This document shows, in pieces, positions 1 through 9,640 of a stretch of DNA of 64,000 nucleotides. A program made the position numbers and the translations under genes. Each line of letters begins with the position of its first letter. The stretch's first letter is position 1. The stretch is taken from contig NZGC01000084.1 of the NCBI GenBank assembly GCA_002689445.1, positions 8,723 through 72,722 of the forward strand, in the 5' to 3' direction. Origin of the DNA: Gammaproteobacteria bacterium (GTDB lineage Bacteria > Pseudomonadota > Gammaproteobacteria > Pseudomonadales > Azotimanducaceae). Under the pieces are notes generated by a model. It saw only the letters and a program-made list of their open reading frames with translations. It had not been told where the DNA came from and made no database searches.

Positions 1-249
1 ATCGCCTAAGAGATCAACCAATGCTTGTCGGTCAGGCGTGGGAAACGGCGGAACGACATAACTGGTCGCCGATGCAGAACGGGCCATCGCTTCAGCTACT
101 CGCCGTCGACCATGACCGATATTGGTCACCACAGCACCCCCTGCAGCATCCAAAATTGCAGCCCCGGAGGCATCATAAAGGTAAACTCCCTCTGCCCGTT
201 CAATGGTCGGAAAAGCGCCGGCAACAAACGGCCAACTCAATCTACCCAT
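1..249 (-). CDS. Class-III (PLP-dependent) aminotransferase, N-terminal fragment; the gene continues off the left edge
   Basis: Absent from the ORF track because there is no stop in the window. My translation of the reverse strand from ATG at 249..247 gives MGRLSWPFVAGAFPTIERAEGVYLYDASGAAILDAAGGAVVTNIGHGRRRVAEAMARSASATSYVVPPF..., which fits the N-terminal pattern of omega/class-III aminotransferases. Confidence 0.6.
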   Translation of the reverse strand, partial: MGRLSWPFVAGAFPTIERAEGVYLYDASGAAILDAAGGAVVTNIGHGRRRVAEAMARSASATSYVVPPFPTPDRQALVDLLGD

Positions 250-556
250 AGCATCACCCTCTCTTTCCCCCGAGTATCCCATGAAAGGCAACCGGCCCAG
301 AAGAATTTTCTGGGATTGGCCACAGCAACTCAGGTGCCGAACTTACCCCTAGGACAACTGATCTGAAGGACCCTTCTTCGAGCAGTCTCAGCAGTCTGCT
401 GACGCGAGAGCCGTTTTTTGAAGAGCCATAAACCTTAGCGCTTAGAACAAGACGATTCTTTCCTTTAACGAAAACGAGATGAATGTTTGCTTCGACGCCT
501 CGATTGCCAAGATCGAATGTGCTATTTTCCCCTCCTCTGAGCCTAGGATCACCCGC

Positions 557-2233
557 ATGAGCAACCCCACCAAAAGACCTTATTCCTCCCAAGTTGTTGA
601 TGGCCTTGAGAAAGCGGCTGCTCGCGCGATGTTGCATGCCGTCGGATTTTCTGAGGATGATTTCAACAAACCACAGGTAGGAATCGCCTCAACGTGGAGT
701 AACCTAACGCCCTGCAATGTTCACATCAATGAACTTGCCGAAGCAGCAGCCATCGGCGCCGAGGACGCTGCAGCCAAAGCGATCACCTTTAACACCATCA
801 CGATCAGCGATGGCATTTCAATGGGATCACCAGGGATGCGCTATTCACTCGTATCCAGAGAGGTGATTGCTGATTCGATAGAGACCGTCGTGGCAGGACA
901 AGGCTTTGATGGATTTGTTGCAATTGGCGGTTGCGACAAAAATATGCCGGGCTGTGCGATGGCCATGGCCCGCTTGAACCGCCCCAGTGTTTTTGTCTAC
1001 GGAGGGACCATTCAGCCTGGTAAGGATCGACGCGATGTTGTCTCCGTCTTTGAGGCGGTTGGACAGTATGCCAGCGGCAATCTCTCTGAATTGGCCCTTA
1101 AAGATATTGAGGCCACGGCGATACCCGGCCCTGGTTCTTGCGGGGGTATGTACACGGCTAACACCATGGCCTCTGCAATTGAGGCCCTGGGTTTATCCTT
1201 ACCCAATTCGTCGGCTCAGGAAGCTGTGTCGCCTCAAAAACGCCAAGACTGTGTTGCCGCCGGGGAAGCCGTGGTTAAGTTGATCGAAGCGGATATTAAG
1301 CCCAGCGATATCCTGAGCCGGGAGGCTTTTGAAAACGCCATCACGGTAACCATCGCCCTTGAGGGATCGACCAACGCTGTCCTTCACCTACTTGCTATCG
1401 CACATGCCGCCAACATCCCACTTAGCATTGACGATTTCACAGAGATTGGTCAACGAGTGCCTGTGCTTGCGGATATGAGACCCGCGGGTCAGTACTCGAT
1501 GAGCGAGCTCATCGCCATCGGCGGCATTCAACCTTTAATGAAAACTCTGCTGGAAGCGGGGTTACTGCACGGAGACTGCATGACAGTAACAGGTAAGACG
1601 TTGGCCGAAAATTTGGCATCGGTCGAACCGTATCCCGCTGACCAGAAAATTATCCGCCCCCTTTCGGACCCGATCAAAAAAGACAGTCATTTGATCGTGT
1701 TGAAAGGTAACCTCGCGCCCGAGGGAGCTGTGGCTAAGATCACTGGTCATGAGGGTCTCGCGTTTTCTGGAACTGCGCGTTGCTTTCAGGGCGAGGAATC
1801 AGCCCTGACCGCCATCTTAGATGGCACTGTTCAATCGGGAGATGTTGTCGTTGTTCGGTACGAAGGACCAAAAGGCGGGCCAGGGATGCGCGAAATGCTA
1901 TCGCCCACCAGCGCTATCAATGGCCGTGGTCTAGCCTCAGAGGTCGCCCTGGTAACCGATGGAAGATTCAGTGGAGGTTCTCACGGCTTCGTTATTGGAC
2001 ACGTCACACCAGAAGCCTTCGAGGGTGGGCCAATCGCTCTGATCGAGGATGGCGATCACATCGAAATTGATGCCAGCAACCACGAAATCAACGTCAAAGT
2101 GAGCGACGAAACGCTGCAACAACGCAAAGCCGCATGGAGCGCACCTAAGCCCTACACCCAGCGAGGTGTCCTAGCGAAATATGCAAAATTGGTCAGCTCT
2201 GCATCGAAAGGCGCCGTAACCGACTCTCCGTAA
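557..2233 (+). CDS. ilvD: Dihydroxy-acid dehydratase
   Basis: ORF 479..2233 shows IlvD/Edd hallmarks (GGCDKNMPG, GPGSCGGMYTANTM, TDGRFSGGSHG). I moved the start to ATG 557 (MSNPTKRPYSSQV...) because the homolog-like N-terminus begins there. Confidence 0.93.
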   Translation: MSNPTKRPYSSQVVDGLEKAAARAMLHAVGFSEDDFNKPQVGIASTWSNLTPCNVHINELAEAAAIGAEDAAAKAITFNTITISDGISMGSPGMRYSLVSREVIADSIETVVAGQGFDGFVAIGGCDKNMPGCAMAMARLNRPSVFVYGGTIQPGKDRRDVVSVFEAVGQYASGNLSELALKDIEATAIPGPGSCGGMYTANTMASAIEALGLSLPNSSAQEAVSPQKRQDCVAAGEAVVKLIEADIKPSDILSREAFENAITVTIALEGSTNAVLHLLAIAHAANIPLSIDDFTEIGQRVPVLADMRPAGQYSMSELIAIGGIQPLMKTLLEAGLLHGDCMTVTGKTLAENLASVEPYPADQKIIRPLSDPIKKDSHLIVLKGNLAPEGAVAKITGHEGLAFSGTARCFQGEESALTAILDGTVQSGDVVVVRYEGPKGGPGMREMLSPTSAINGRGLASEVALVTDGRFSGGSHGFVIGHVTPEAFEGGPIALIEDGDHIEIDASNHEINVKVSDETLQQRKAAWSAPKPYTQRGVLAKYAKLVSSASKGAVTDSP

Positions 2234-2245
2234 TCTAGATGAACA

Positions 2246-2272
2246 GGCAAGAATGGGGGACCGTTTCTTGCC
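2246..2272. terminator. Hairpin between convergent ilvD and a thioesterase gene (possible bidirectional terminator)
   Basis: ggcaagaa (2246-2253) pairs with ttcttgcc (2265-2272), giving an 8-bp stem and an 11-nt loop. Neither strand has a clear T-run. Confidence 0.3.
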
Positions 2273-2302
2273 GAGGCACTGTTTAGCCTTGTTGAAGGCT
2301 GA

Positions 2303-2752
2303 TTAGCCGTGGTTAGCGTCTGTCCTGCCAGTGCGATCCAATAGGAACTGCACCCGAGCGATGGCGATCGGCCGATCACGAGCTTCTTGCCACAATTGGG
2401 CCTTGACGCTAGCAACTCTTCGACCTTGGCGCACCAGGGATGCCGAGGCGTAGGTTTTGACCGGCCTTCCAGTTCTTAAATAATCAACATCAATATTCAC
2501 CAAACGAGGAGTAACCCCCTGCGGATTTTTGTCGAGCAACATCATGCTCGCCGCGCACTCCAGCAAGCTGCCCAGTACGCCTCCATGGAGCGCAGGTAAG
2601 TTGATATTGCCGATCAAGTGATCGGCCCCCATCGCCGATAAGATAGGCGCATCCTCAAAGGCTTCGATCTGCACCCCTAGCAATTCAAAGTAAGGGGTTT
2701 TTGTTATTTCATCGAGCAGTCGCTGTCGACGAATGTTATCTATCTCGTTCAA
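2303..2752 (-). CDS. PaaI-family hotdog-fold thioesterase
   Basis: 149 aa. It carries the 'LPALHGGVLGSLLECAASM' core typical of PaaI/4-hydroxybenzoyl-CoA thioesterase-like proteins. Confidence 0.75.
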   Translation of the reverse strand: MNEIDNIRRQRLLDEITKTPYFELLGVQIEAFEDAPILSAMGADHLIGNINLPALHGGVLGSLLECAASMMLLDKNPQGVTPRLVNIDVDYLRTGRPVKTYASASLVRQGRRVASVKAQLWQEARDRPIAIARVQFLLDRTGRTDANHG

Positions 2753-2761
2753 GGGCTTATC

Positions 2762-3253
2762 CTAGGCTGGCTTCTGAGCCACGGAGGCGTGAGGCCCAGG
2801 AGATGTTCCCATCATAAAAGTTGCTTGTCCCAGGGCCACTAACTGGCCAGTCGAAACGATCTCAGCCGAAGCTCTGACAAATGCCAGGTCGCGGTCAATC
2901 CCTTCGCAGCAGGCACGAATGCGCAGCGTTTCCGAGAGGGCGGCATACGACAAAAAATCCACTCTCAAATCTAACGTTGCCATGGCGATTCCTTCTCGAT
3001 AATCAGCATGATCTCTAATACACCAACCCGCAGCGTTGTCTATCGTTGCCAGAATCACTCCGTTGTGGAAAGACCCTCCAAAATCCTGGCTGCCAATGTT
3101 GGGATCACCATCAAGGAGCACCACAATACCCGGCCCTGAGTCGGTTTCGTCAAGCCTCATGCCCACGGCCACACCAAAAGGAGGCAACTCTTTTAAAGAT
3201 TTCAAAAACATCGACATGAGACAGTACACTCGTTTACTCTGGGCGGGGCTCAC
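2762..3253 (-). CDS. PaaI-like hotdog-fold thioesterase (second tandem copy)
   Basis: 163 aa with 'GGSFHNGVILATIDNAAGW'. The longest ORF starts at GTG 3253. In-frame ATGs at 3217 and 3211 (MSMFLKSLKE...) are alternative starts. Confidence 0.65.
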   Translation of the reverse strand: MSPAQSKRVYCLMSMFLKSLKELPPFGVAVGMRLDETDSGPGIVVLLDGDPNIGSQDFGGSFHNGVILATIDNAAGWCIRDHADYREGIAMATLDLRVDFLSYAALSETLRIRACCEGIDRDLAFVRASAEIVSTGQLVALGQATFMMGTSPGPHASVAQKPA

Positions 3254-3356
3254 CCCAGCGCGCGATAGTAAAACGTATTTACCTGAAAAAAACTACCGTG
3301 CATGATGTTGGGTGAGCGTATTACGTCGCTACGGTCCTAACAGTCGAGACAAACCT

Positions 3357-4457
3357 ATGCAAAAACCCGCCATGAACGAACTGGGTTTTTATACCCTTGC
3401 AGGCGCACCCTCATCACCCCGCGATCTGATTGAAGAGGTCCGTATGGCCGAGGCGATGGGCATTGGTGCTTGTTTCATCTCGGAGCGTTTTAACATTAAA
3501 GAAATCGCCGCACTCTCAGGCGCGGTTGGCGCGATCTCCGATCGCATCGGAATTGCCACTGCAGCGACCAATCAAAACACTCGACACCCTGTGGTGACCG
3601 CCGCCTTTGCCAGCACCATGCATTTTTTGACCCAGGGCCGCTTTTCTCTAGGGCTTGGTCGAGGCATTGAGCCATTGTTTAAGGCTTTTGGTCTGCCTTC
3701 GATCACAACCCGAGGGATGGAAGACTTTGCCCAACTGATGCGTCGATTACACCGGGGTGAGACCATTGTTAATCACACGGGCCCGGCTGGAAGCTGGCCT
3801 GCCCTTCGTCTTGACCCTGATTTTGACGAGCATATTCCGCTAACGCTCACCGCCTTCGGTCCCAATTCATTGGCGCTCGGCGGACGAGAGTTTGATGCCG
3901 TGGTTTTACACACATTTTTTACCGACGAAACCACACAGCGCGCGGTTGAGTCGGTAAAGTCAGCGGCTATCGCCGCTGGCCGAGACCCGAGTTCAGTCCG
4001 AGTCTGGTCATGCCTGGCCACCATTGGCGATCATTTGCCTGAAGCGCTACAACTGAAAAAACGGGTCGGCCGTATGGCGACCTACTTGCAAGCCTACGGT
4101 GACCTGATGGTCCGCACCAATGAGTGGGACCCAAAAGTATTGGCGAGGTTTCGGTCCCATGATCTGGTCCAAAATTTTTCCGGCGCCCTCGATCAAAAAG
4201 CGTCGACCGAAGAGCTAGAAATCGTGCAAACCCTCATTCCAGACGAGTGGCTGGCGCCTGCCGCCTATGGCAGCCCCGAACAATGCGTTGCAGCGATCAA
4301 CCACCAGTTGGATCTGGGCTGTGATGGCGTCATTTTGCATGGCGCCTCACCCAAAGAGCTTGAACCGATCGTAGCCGCTTATGCAGACCAACGGGATCAC
4401 GATCGTTTCAAAAATTTGCCCGCTAATCCTGCGCTTGCTCCGGCAACTGTCAGTTAA
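3357..4457 (+). CDS. Luciferase-like (LLM-class) flavin/F420-dependent oxidoreductase
   Basis: LLM core motif 'QGRFSLGLGRG' and N-terminal 'MGIGACFISERF'. The ORF track starts at GTG 3312. The first ATGs are 3357 and 3372 (MNELGFYTLAG), so the start is uncertain. Confidence 0.8.
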   Translation: MQKPAMNELGFYTLAGAPSSPRDLIEEVRMAEAMGIGACFISERFNIKEIAALSGAVGAISDRIGIATAATNQNTRHPVVTAAFASTMHFLTQGRFSLGLGRGIEPLFKAFGLPSITTRGMEDFAQLMRRLHRGETIVNHTGPAGSWPALRLDPDFDEHIPLTLTAFGPNSLALGGREFDAVVLHTFFTDETTQRAVESVKSAAIAAGRDPSSVRVWSCLATIGDHLPEALQLKKRVGRMATYLQAYGDLMVRTNEWDPKVLARFRSHDLVQNFSGALDQKASTEELEIVQTLIPDEWLAPAAYGSPEQCVAAINHQLDLGCDGVILHGASPKELEPIVAAYADQRDHDRFKNLPANPALAPATVS

Positions 4458-5493
4458 GTACCTCAAGAGACTGTGCCATCGCGATACTCCGTTTGGCCAT
4501 CGCCATAAACATATCGTTGCCGCGCTCAGTTTCGCCAACGATCATTGACGCAATGAGCGCCATGATCATTCCTGCCGGCGCATAGTTACGGTAATAGAGA
4601 AACGCTTGATCAAAGCTCAAGGTAATTCCGTAACTGCTCAGCACCTCCAGATACAATCGAAGCAAGGCCCGCTCCTCAGAATCTCGCACCTCTGGCGTTA
4701 GCGAAGTGCCCATAAAGTAACTCGCGTCGTTTAAGGGGCACCCCATAGTTAACGACTGCCAGTCGACAACCGTCAAAGGATAGGGACCACCAAACATCAT
4801 ATTGTCTAAACGGTAGTCCACATGAATTAATACCGGCGGCTGATTCTGATAGACCTTTTGATAATCTGGAAGAATTTCTAGCAGTTGTTCGGTCGCGCGC
4901 ACTTCTGCTTCTGACAATCGCGCTGCATATCTCGATAAATACCCAGGCATTAAGTTTTGGTAAAGCCCGGTAAGCATCTGCGTATCTTCCCGAGCGCTGC
5001 CGCCCCCGAGTAATTCTATCTGAGCAAGTTCACTATCGCCCCATTTTGGTCCCTGCAGATGAGCCAATTGCTCCAGCGCCAGTGCTGCCTGATCAGCAGA
5101 GCAGCCAGCCAATTGATCCCCCTGCACACCCGGACTGAGGTCCTCCATAAGCAGAACAAATTCATGGGATTCAAGATCGATATCAGCATGAAAAATCTCT
5201 GGAGTCTGAATACTCACCTGCGATTGGAGGGTCTGGTAAAAAAACACCTCACGAACATAGTTGCGTTGCATAATACCGGTTTGCTTACTTACCGGATCAA
5301 GCGAGGGAAATTTTCCGACGATCGAATTTGGCCCTCCCTCACCTGAGAGCGCGAAGCGCACGTTTTCTCCGACCTGGCCCGTGCCGATGGATTCCGCCTC
5401 TAGGCTGTTAACTTGGCTTCCGGGATAGTTTTTTTGCAGCACTTGAGTCAGCCAGCTCGCATCAATTTGGCTAGGATTGGAACGAAGATCCAT
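4450..5493 (-). CDS. Phosphotransferase (APH / choline-ecdysteroid kinase-like family)
   Basis: 347 aa with the catalytic loop 'LIHVDYRLDNMMF' (HxDxxxxN). AGGAG lies upstream of ATG 5493. The 3' end overlaps the convergent LLM gene by 8 nt. Confidence 0.8.
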   Translation of the reverse strand: MDLRSNPSQIDASWLTQVLQKNYPGSQVNSLEAESIGTGQVGENVRFALSGEGGPNSIVGKFPSLDPVSKQTGIMQRNYVREVFFYQTLQSQVSIQTPEIFHADIDLESHEFVLLMEDLSPGVQGDQLAGCSADQAALALEQLAHLQGPKWGDSELAQIELLGGGSAREDTQMLTGLYQNLMPGYLSRYAARLSEAEVRATEQLLEILPDYQKVYQNQPPVLIHVDYRLDNMMFGGPYPLTVVDWQSLTMGCPLNDASYFMGTSLTPEVRDSEERALLRLYLEVLSSYGITLSFDQAFLYYRNYAPAGMIMALIASMIVGETERGNDMFMAMAKRSIAMAQSLEVLN

Positions 5494-5553
5494 CTATCTC
5501 TCCTCTCTCGGATGACTCAAGCCTTGTTCGCTAAGTCGTGTCTGGTTCGCAGG

Positions 5554-6333
5554 CTAGGACGACAATCGAGCTGCGAGACCGCCTAATGATCTGATCAGCC
5601 TGCGCGGTTGTAGGCGCCCCAATGTCATGGCAGCCTGATTAAGCTGCCCGGGGATACAAACAACCTCGCCTCGCGCCATGGCTGATAGGGCATGGCGCGC
5701 CACCGCTTCGGGCGTATCGATGAAAAAGTCAGGTAAGGCCTCTACAATTTCCGGTACGACACTCTCGGTTTGCGTGACACCTGGGCACAAGGCCGTTACT
5801 GATATCCCTGTCCCTTTCAATTCCTCACTCAGCGCTTCGGTGAGAGATATCAAATACGCTTTGGTCGCCGCGTATTGCGCCATTCTTGGCACTGGCTGAA
5901 AACCTGCTATCGAACACACATTCAATATCCTACCTGACCCTTTAGCTTTCATCGCCGGCAGACAGTGATGCATAAGCCTCACCGGAGCGGTCATGTTCAA
6001 ATACATCAGCGCTTGTTGCCTCGCCACGTCCTCTACAAACCAACCCGTCGCGGCCACGCCAGCGCAATTAACCAAAATATCGATTGATGACGCTTGTGCC
6101 TCCAGCCTTTCAATCAAATGCGAGACCCCTGTTTCTGTCGACAGGTCTGCTGGAATTACCGAGACGGTCACTTTTGCAGACAATCGCTCGGCCAAAGCTT
6201 GCAACCGATCCGCTCGGCGGGCCGTTAACACCAAATCTGACCCCTGGTCAGCCAAGGCGATTGCCAAGGCTTCGCCAATTCCACTGGATGCACCCGTTAC
6301 CAGTGCTCGATTTTGTTTAAACGACAAACTCAC
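5554..6333 (-). CDS. Short-chain dehydrogenase/reductase (SDR)
   Basis: 'TGASSGIGEALA' Rossmann motif and 'YAATKAY' YxxxK catalytic motif. GTG start at 6333 is preceded by GAGGAG. Confidence 0.9.
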   Translation of the reverse strand: MSLSFKQNRALVTGASSGIGEALAIALADQGSDLVLTARRADRLQALAERLSAKVTVSVIPADLSTETGVSHLIERLEAQASSIDILVNCAGVAATGWFVEDVARQQALMYLNMTAPVRLMHHCLPAMKAKGSGRILNVCSIAGFQPVPRMAQYAATKAYLISLTEALSEELKGTGISVTALCPGVTQTESVVPEIVEALPDFFIDTPEAVARHALSAMARGEVVCIPGQLNQAAMTLGRLQPRRLIRSLGGLAARLSS

Positions 6334-6392
6334 ACCCGCTCCTCAGCCCGGATTTAATCGTACCCCGGTTGTTCTTACCATTTAACGCTGGC

Positions 6393-6462
6393 CATCCCAT
6401 CCCATCCCATCTCATCTCATCTTATCTAATCTAATCTAATCTAATCTAATCTAATCTAATCT
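6393..6462. repeat. Graded pentanucleotide microsatellite: (CATCC)3 (CATCT)3 (TATCT)1 (AATCT)7
   Basis: Read directly from the sequence: 14 head-to-tail 5-nt units (70 nt). It lies between the crotonase stop (6482) and the SDR start (6333), about 60 nt upstream of the SDR start codon. Confidence 0.95.
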
Positions 6463-6481
6463 TGTTCAGCACAAACAATTT

Positions 6482-7243
6482 TTACAACAAAGAGAAGTCA
6501 GGCGGTCTCTTCGCTTTGAAGGCCAGCAGTGCCTCTTTATTGGCAGGCCCTCCCGCCAGTTGGTCAAGCGCCGCGTTTTCCAGATCAACGGCGACCTTAA
6601 GCTCATCATTACGGCTACGAGTCATCAACGCTTTGGTCTTCATCAATGACGCTATCGGCAGCTCAGCCAAGACTTCAGCGCGCCGAGTGACTTCTCCCAA
6701 AAGCTCGTCATCAGGATACACTGTATGTATCAAACCATACTCTGAGGCCTTTTCTGCGCTTAACCATTCTGATGACAGCAAAAACCAGCTCGCACGCTGA
6801 TACCCCATTAGTCGCGCGAAGGTGACGGTCGAGGCCGCTTCAGCGGTCAGCCCAAGAGCTGAAAATGGGCAGCGAAACCGCGACGAGGCCGCCGCGAGCG
6901 CGGTGTCCGCGAGACCCAGCAACGTGCAACCAATGCCGACACCCAAGCCGTTCGCCGCGATCAAAAAGGGTTTAGGGAAATCAATCACGGCGTGAAGCAA
7001 GCCCTTGAGGCCATGCCGCGGCGTGGCCTGGTTGCCACCCATCGACTTCAAATCCGCACCGGCACTAAACGCTCTACCGGCACCCGTTAACACCAACACT
7101 TTCGTGGCCTGATCCACCGCCGCTTCGATAAAAGCATCTGCCAGCTCGTCCATCAACTCGGCGCTAAAGGCATTCAGCGAGTCCGGTCGATCCATGATCA
7201 CCCAACGTACCGCCCCTCTCATTTCCTGACGCACAACCTTCAT
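6482..7243 (-). CDS. Enoyl-CoA hydratase/isomerase (crotonase family)
   Basis: 'LTGAGRAFSAGADL' oxyanion-hole motif. The ORF track starts at TTG 7285. ATG 7243 (MKVVRQEMRG...) has GAGGAG 6 nt upstream and is preferred. Confidence 0.9.
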   Translation of the reverse strand: MKVVRQEMRGAVRWVIMDRPDSLNAFSAELMDELADAFIEAAVDQATKVLVLTGAGRAFSAGADLKSMGGNQATPRHGLKGLLHAVIDFPKPFLIAANGLGVGIGCTLLGLADTALAAASSRFRCPFSALGLTAEAASTVTFARLMGYQRASWFLLSSEWLSAEKASEYGLIHTVYPDDELLGEVTRRAEVLAELPIASLMKTKALMTRSRNDELKVAVDLENAALDQLAGGPANKEALLAFKAKRPPDFSLL

Positions 7244-7286
7244 TAAATTCTCCTCTGGCTTTTTTCGATAGGCGGGCTCCGCCAAC

Positions 7287-8435
7287 CTAGGATGATCTCG
7301 CTTTAAAAGGTGAAAATTGCTCTAAATAATCGATTTCTTCGGCGATGTGCCCGCGCTCTTGATCTAAATAGCGCCCCACGGCCTCTCTGAACCCCTCATG
7401 GACAATCCAATGAGCACTATAAGTCTGACTGGGTAAGTATCCTCGAGCAAGCTTATGTTCGCCTTGAGCACCCGCCTCTACTCGATTCAATCCGTGAGTA
7501 ATCGCAAACTCAATTGCTTGGTAATAACAGACTTCAAAGTGTAGAAATGGGTGGTCTTCAATACATCCCCAATTGCGACCAAACAAGCAGTCGCCACCAA
7601 TGAAGTTGATCGCACCTGCGACATAGCGCCCCTCTCGACGACACATCACCAATAAAATGCTATCGGCCATCGTCTCACCGATGAGACTAAAAAATGCACG
7701 ATTGAGGTACGCAGACCCCCACTTTCGGGAGCTGGTATCGGTGTAAAACCGATAGAAGGCATCCCAATGCGACTCTAAAATGTCGCGCCCCGTAAGACAC
7801 TCGATGGTTACGCCACCTGCGACCGACAATTTCCGTTCGCGTTTGATGTTTTTGCGCTTCTTGCTGGACAAATACGATAAGAACTCTTCAAACGAACCAA
7901 AGCCCTCATTTTGCCAGTGGTACTGCTTATGGGTTCGTAATAACCATCCCTCATCACCCCGGCGGCGCCAAGCTGTTTCATCGAGAAAATTGAGGTGCAC
8001 CGAGGAGATATTCAACTCCTCTGCCATTTGCGCGGCGCCTGCCACCAACGCACCTTCGTAACGGGCGTCCGAGGTCAGCACTCTTCGGCCTGTCACCGGG
8101 GTGAAGGGCACAGCCGATAACAGTTTGGGGTAATACCGCCCCCCAGCCCGCTCCAGCGCATCAGCCCAACTGTAGTCGAAGATGTACTCGCCTTGCGAGT
8201 GCCCTTTCACATAGAGTGGCATCAACCCCAGGGGGTTGGCTTGATCATCCTCAAGGACTAAGTGATACGGCATCCAACCCGTTTCGCTTGAAACCGAGCC
8301 ACTCGCCTCTAACGCATTTAAAAACGCGTAGGATAAAAAAGGGTCCCGTGGGACCCCTTCTTGTTCAGCGAATGGGTCCCAAACCTCGGGCCCAATTTCT
8401 GCGATTCCCTGAACCGCTTTGACTTGCCACGTCAT
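7287..8435 (-). CDS. FemAB-like / DUF482 (GNAT-fold) protein of unknown substrate
   Basis: 'DPFLSYAFLNALEASGSV...GW.P.HL', 'GEYIFDYSWADA' and 'YYPKLLSAVPFTPVTG' resemble the COG3146/DUF482 family as I recall it. I moved the start to ATG 8435 (MTWQVKAV...) to remove the overlap with the upstream LLM. Confidence 0.7.
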   Translation of the reverse strand: MTWQVKAVQGIAEIGPEVWDPFAEQEGVPRDPFLSYAFLNALEASGSVSSETGWMPYHLVLEDDQANPLGLMPLYVKGHSQGEYIFDYSWADALERAGGRYYPKLLSAVPFTPVTGRRVLTSDARYEGALVAGAAQMAEELNISSVHLNFLDETAWRRRGDEGWLLRTHKQYHWQNEGFGSFEEFLSYLSSKKRKNIKRERKLSVAGGVTIECLTGRDILESHWDAFYRFYTDTSSRKWGSAYLNRAFFSLIGETMADSILLVMCRREGRYVAGAINFIGGDCLFGRNWGCIEDHPFLHFEVCYYQAIEFAITHGLNRVEAGAQGEHKLARGYLPSQTYSAHWIVHEGFREAVGRYLDQERGHIAEEIDYLEQFSPFKARSS

Positions 8436-8451
8436 ACTCGCAATGCCTGGG

Positions 8452-9486
8452 TTAGAGGATTTCCGACGCGATGAGTTCGAGCGCTTCAGGTTGGCCCGCA
8501 CCAATCAACATAGAACCCACATGGCCGTTGGCTCCTGCGGTTTTCCAGCGCTTTAATTGCTCTTTGATGTGTTCGGCAGGCCCTACCAGGTGACACGCAT
8601 CAACCAACTCATCAGGCACTGCAGCCATGGCCTCATCTTTGCGGCCTGCGAGGTAGTGGTCTTGGATGGCTGCCGCAGCATCCTCAAAACCCAGCGCTTT
8701 CGTGTAATCATTATAAAAATTCTTATCACGAGCGCCCATGCCACCAATATAGAGCGCCATATTACCTTTGATTGGCATACGACAAGCCTCCAGGTCATCT
8801 CCCATGATACAGGTGACAAAGGGAGCAACATCGTAGTCAAGCATTGATCTTCCGGATTTGTTTAAACCTTTCTCAATGTTCGGGCTCAACACCTGGGGTT
8901 TGTCCGGGTCCATCCAAATGGGGAACACACCATCAGCCACTTCAGCGCTGCCAGCCAGACCAGCCGGCGTAATCGAAGCGGTGTATATCGGAATTGAGGT
9001 GTCTGCTTGCAAGATACTTTTCAACGATTTACCCAATCCAGTGCCATCGGCGCCGGCATACGGGAGAGAATAATGAAAACCCTCATGCTCTACAGGGGCT
9101 TCCCGCGCAAAAATCTTCTTCATAATACTGACGTACTCTTTCACCCGCGTGACCGGACGCCCGTAAGCGACGCCATGCCAGCCCTCGACCACTTGCGGCC
9201 CTGAAGCGCCTAAACCCACGATGAATCGGCCATTCGATAGCTGATTTAAGGTCATGGCTGTCATTGCAGTACAGGCCGGTGACCGCGCAGGCATCTGCAT
9301 AATCGCTGTGCCAACTTTGATCTTTGAGGTTTGGGCAAGTATCCAAGCGGCGGGCGTTACCGCATCGGAACCATAAGCCTCAGCAGTCCAGAGAGAGTCA
9401 TACCCTAAACTCTCAGCCATCTTGATTCGATCAATATCGATATTCATCATTTTACCGCTGTACCCGGCCAGTATTCCTAACTTCAT
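8452..9486 (-). CDS. LLM-class (probable F420-dependent) oxidoreductase
   Basis: 344 aa with 'LGYDSLWTAEAYG' and 'NGRFIVGLGASG'. ATG is preceded by AAGGAA. Confidence 0.85.
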   Translation of the reverse strand: MKLGILAGYSGKMMNIDIDRIKMAESLGYDSLWTAEAYGSDAVTPAAWILAQTSKIKVGTAIMQMPARSPACTAMTAMTLNQLSNGRFIVGLGASGPQVVEGWHGVAYGRPVTRVKEYVSIMKKIFAREAPVEHEGFHYSLPYAGADGTGLGKSLKSILQADTSIPIYTASITPAGLAGSAEVADGVFPIWMDPDKPQVLSPNIEKGLNKSGRSMLDYDVAPFVTCIMGDDLEACRMPIKGNMALYIGGMGARDKNFYNDYTKALGFEDAAAAIQDHYLAGRKDEAMAAVPDELVDACHLVGPAEHIKEQLKRWKTAGANGHVGSMLIGAGQPEALELIASEIL

Positions 9487-9640
9487 AATCGTTTCCTTGT
9501 GTGTCTGTTGCGTTTATAGCGGTCTGGTCAATTTAGCGAGGTCACCCTAGCTTACCGTCATGCTCCTCTTATTCGGCAATCCAGCGCTCCATCATCCATT
9601 CACAGCTGATGACTGACTCGCTGATCACTGCCTTCAGATC

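Noticed and set aside
254-637. 127-aa minus-strand ORF spanning the aminotransferase-ilvD intergenic region and the ilvD 5' end
   Set aside because: It overlaps the well-supported ilvD start in antisense. It has Gly/Ser/Arg-rich low-complexity sequence and no recognisable motif. It is most likely a shadow ORF.
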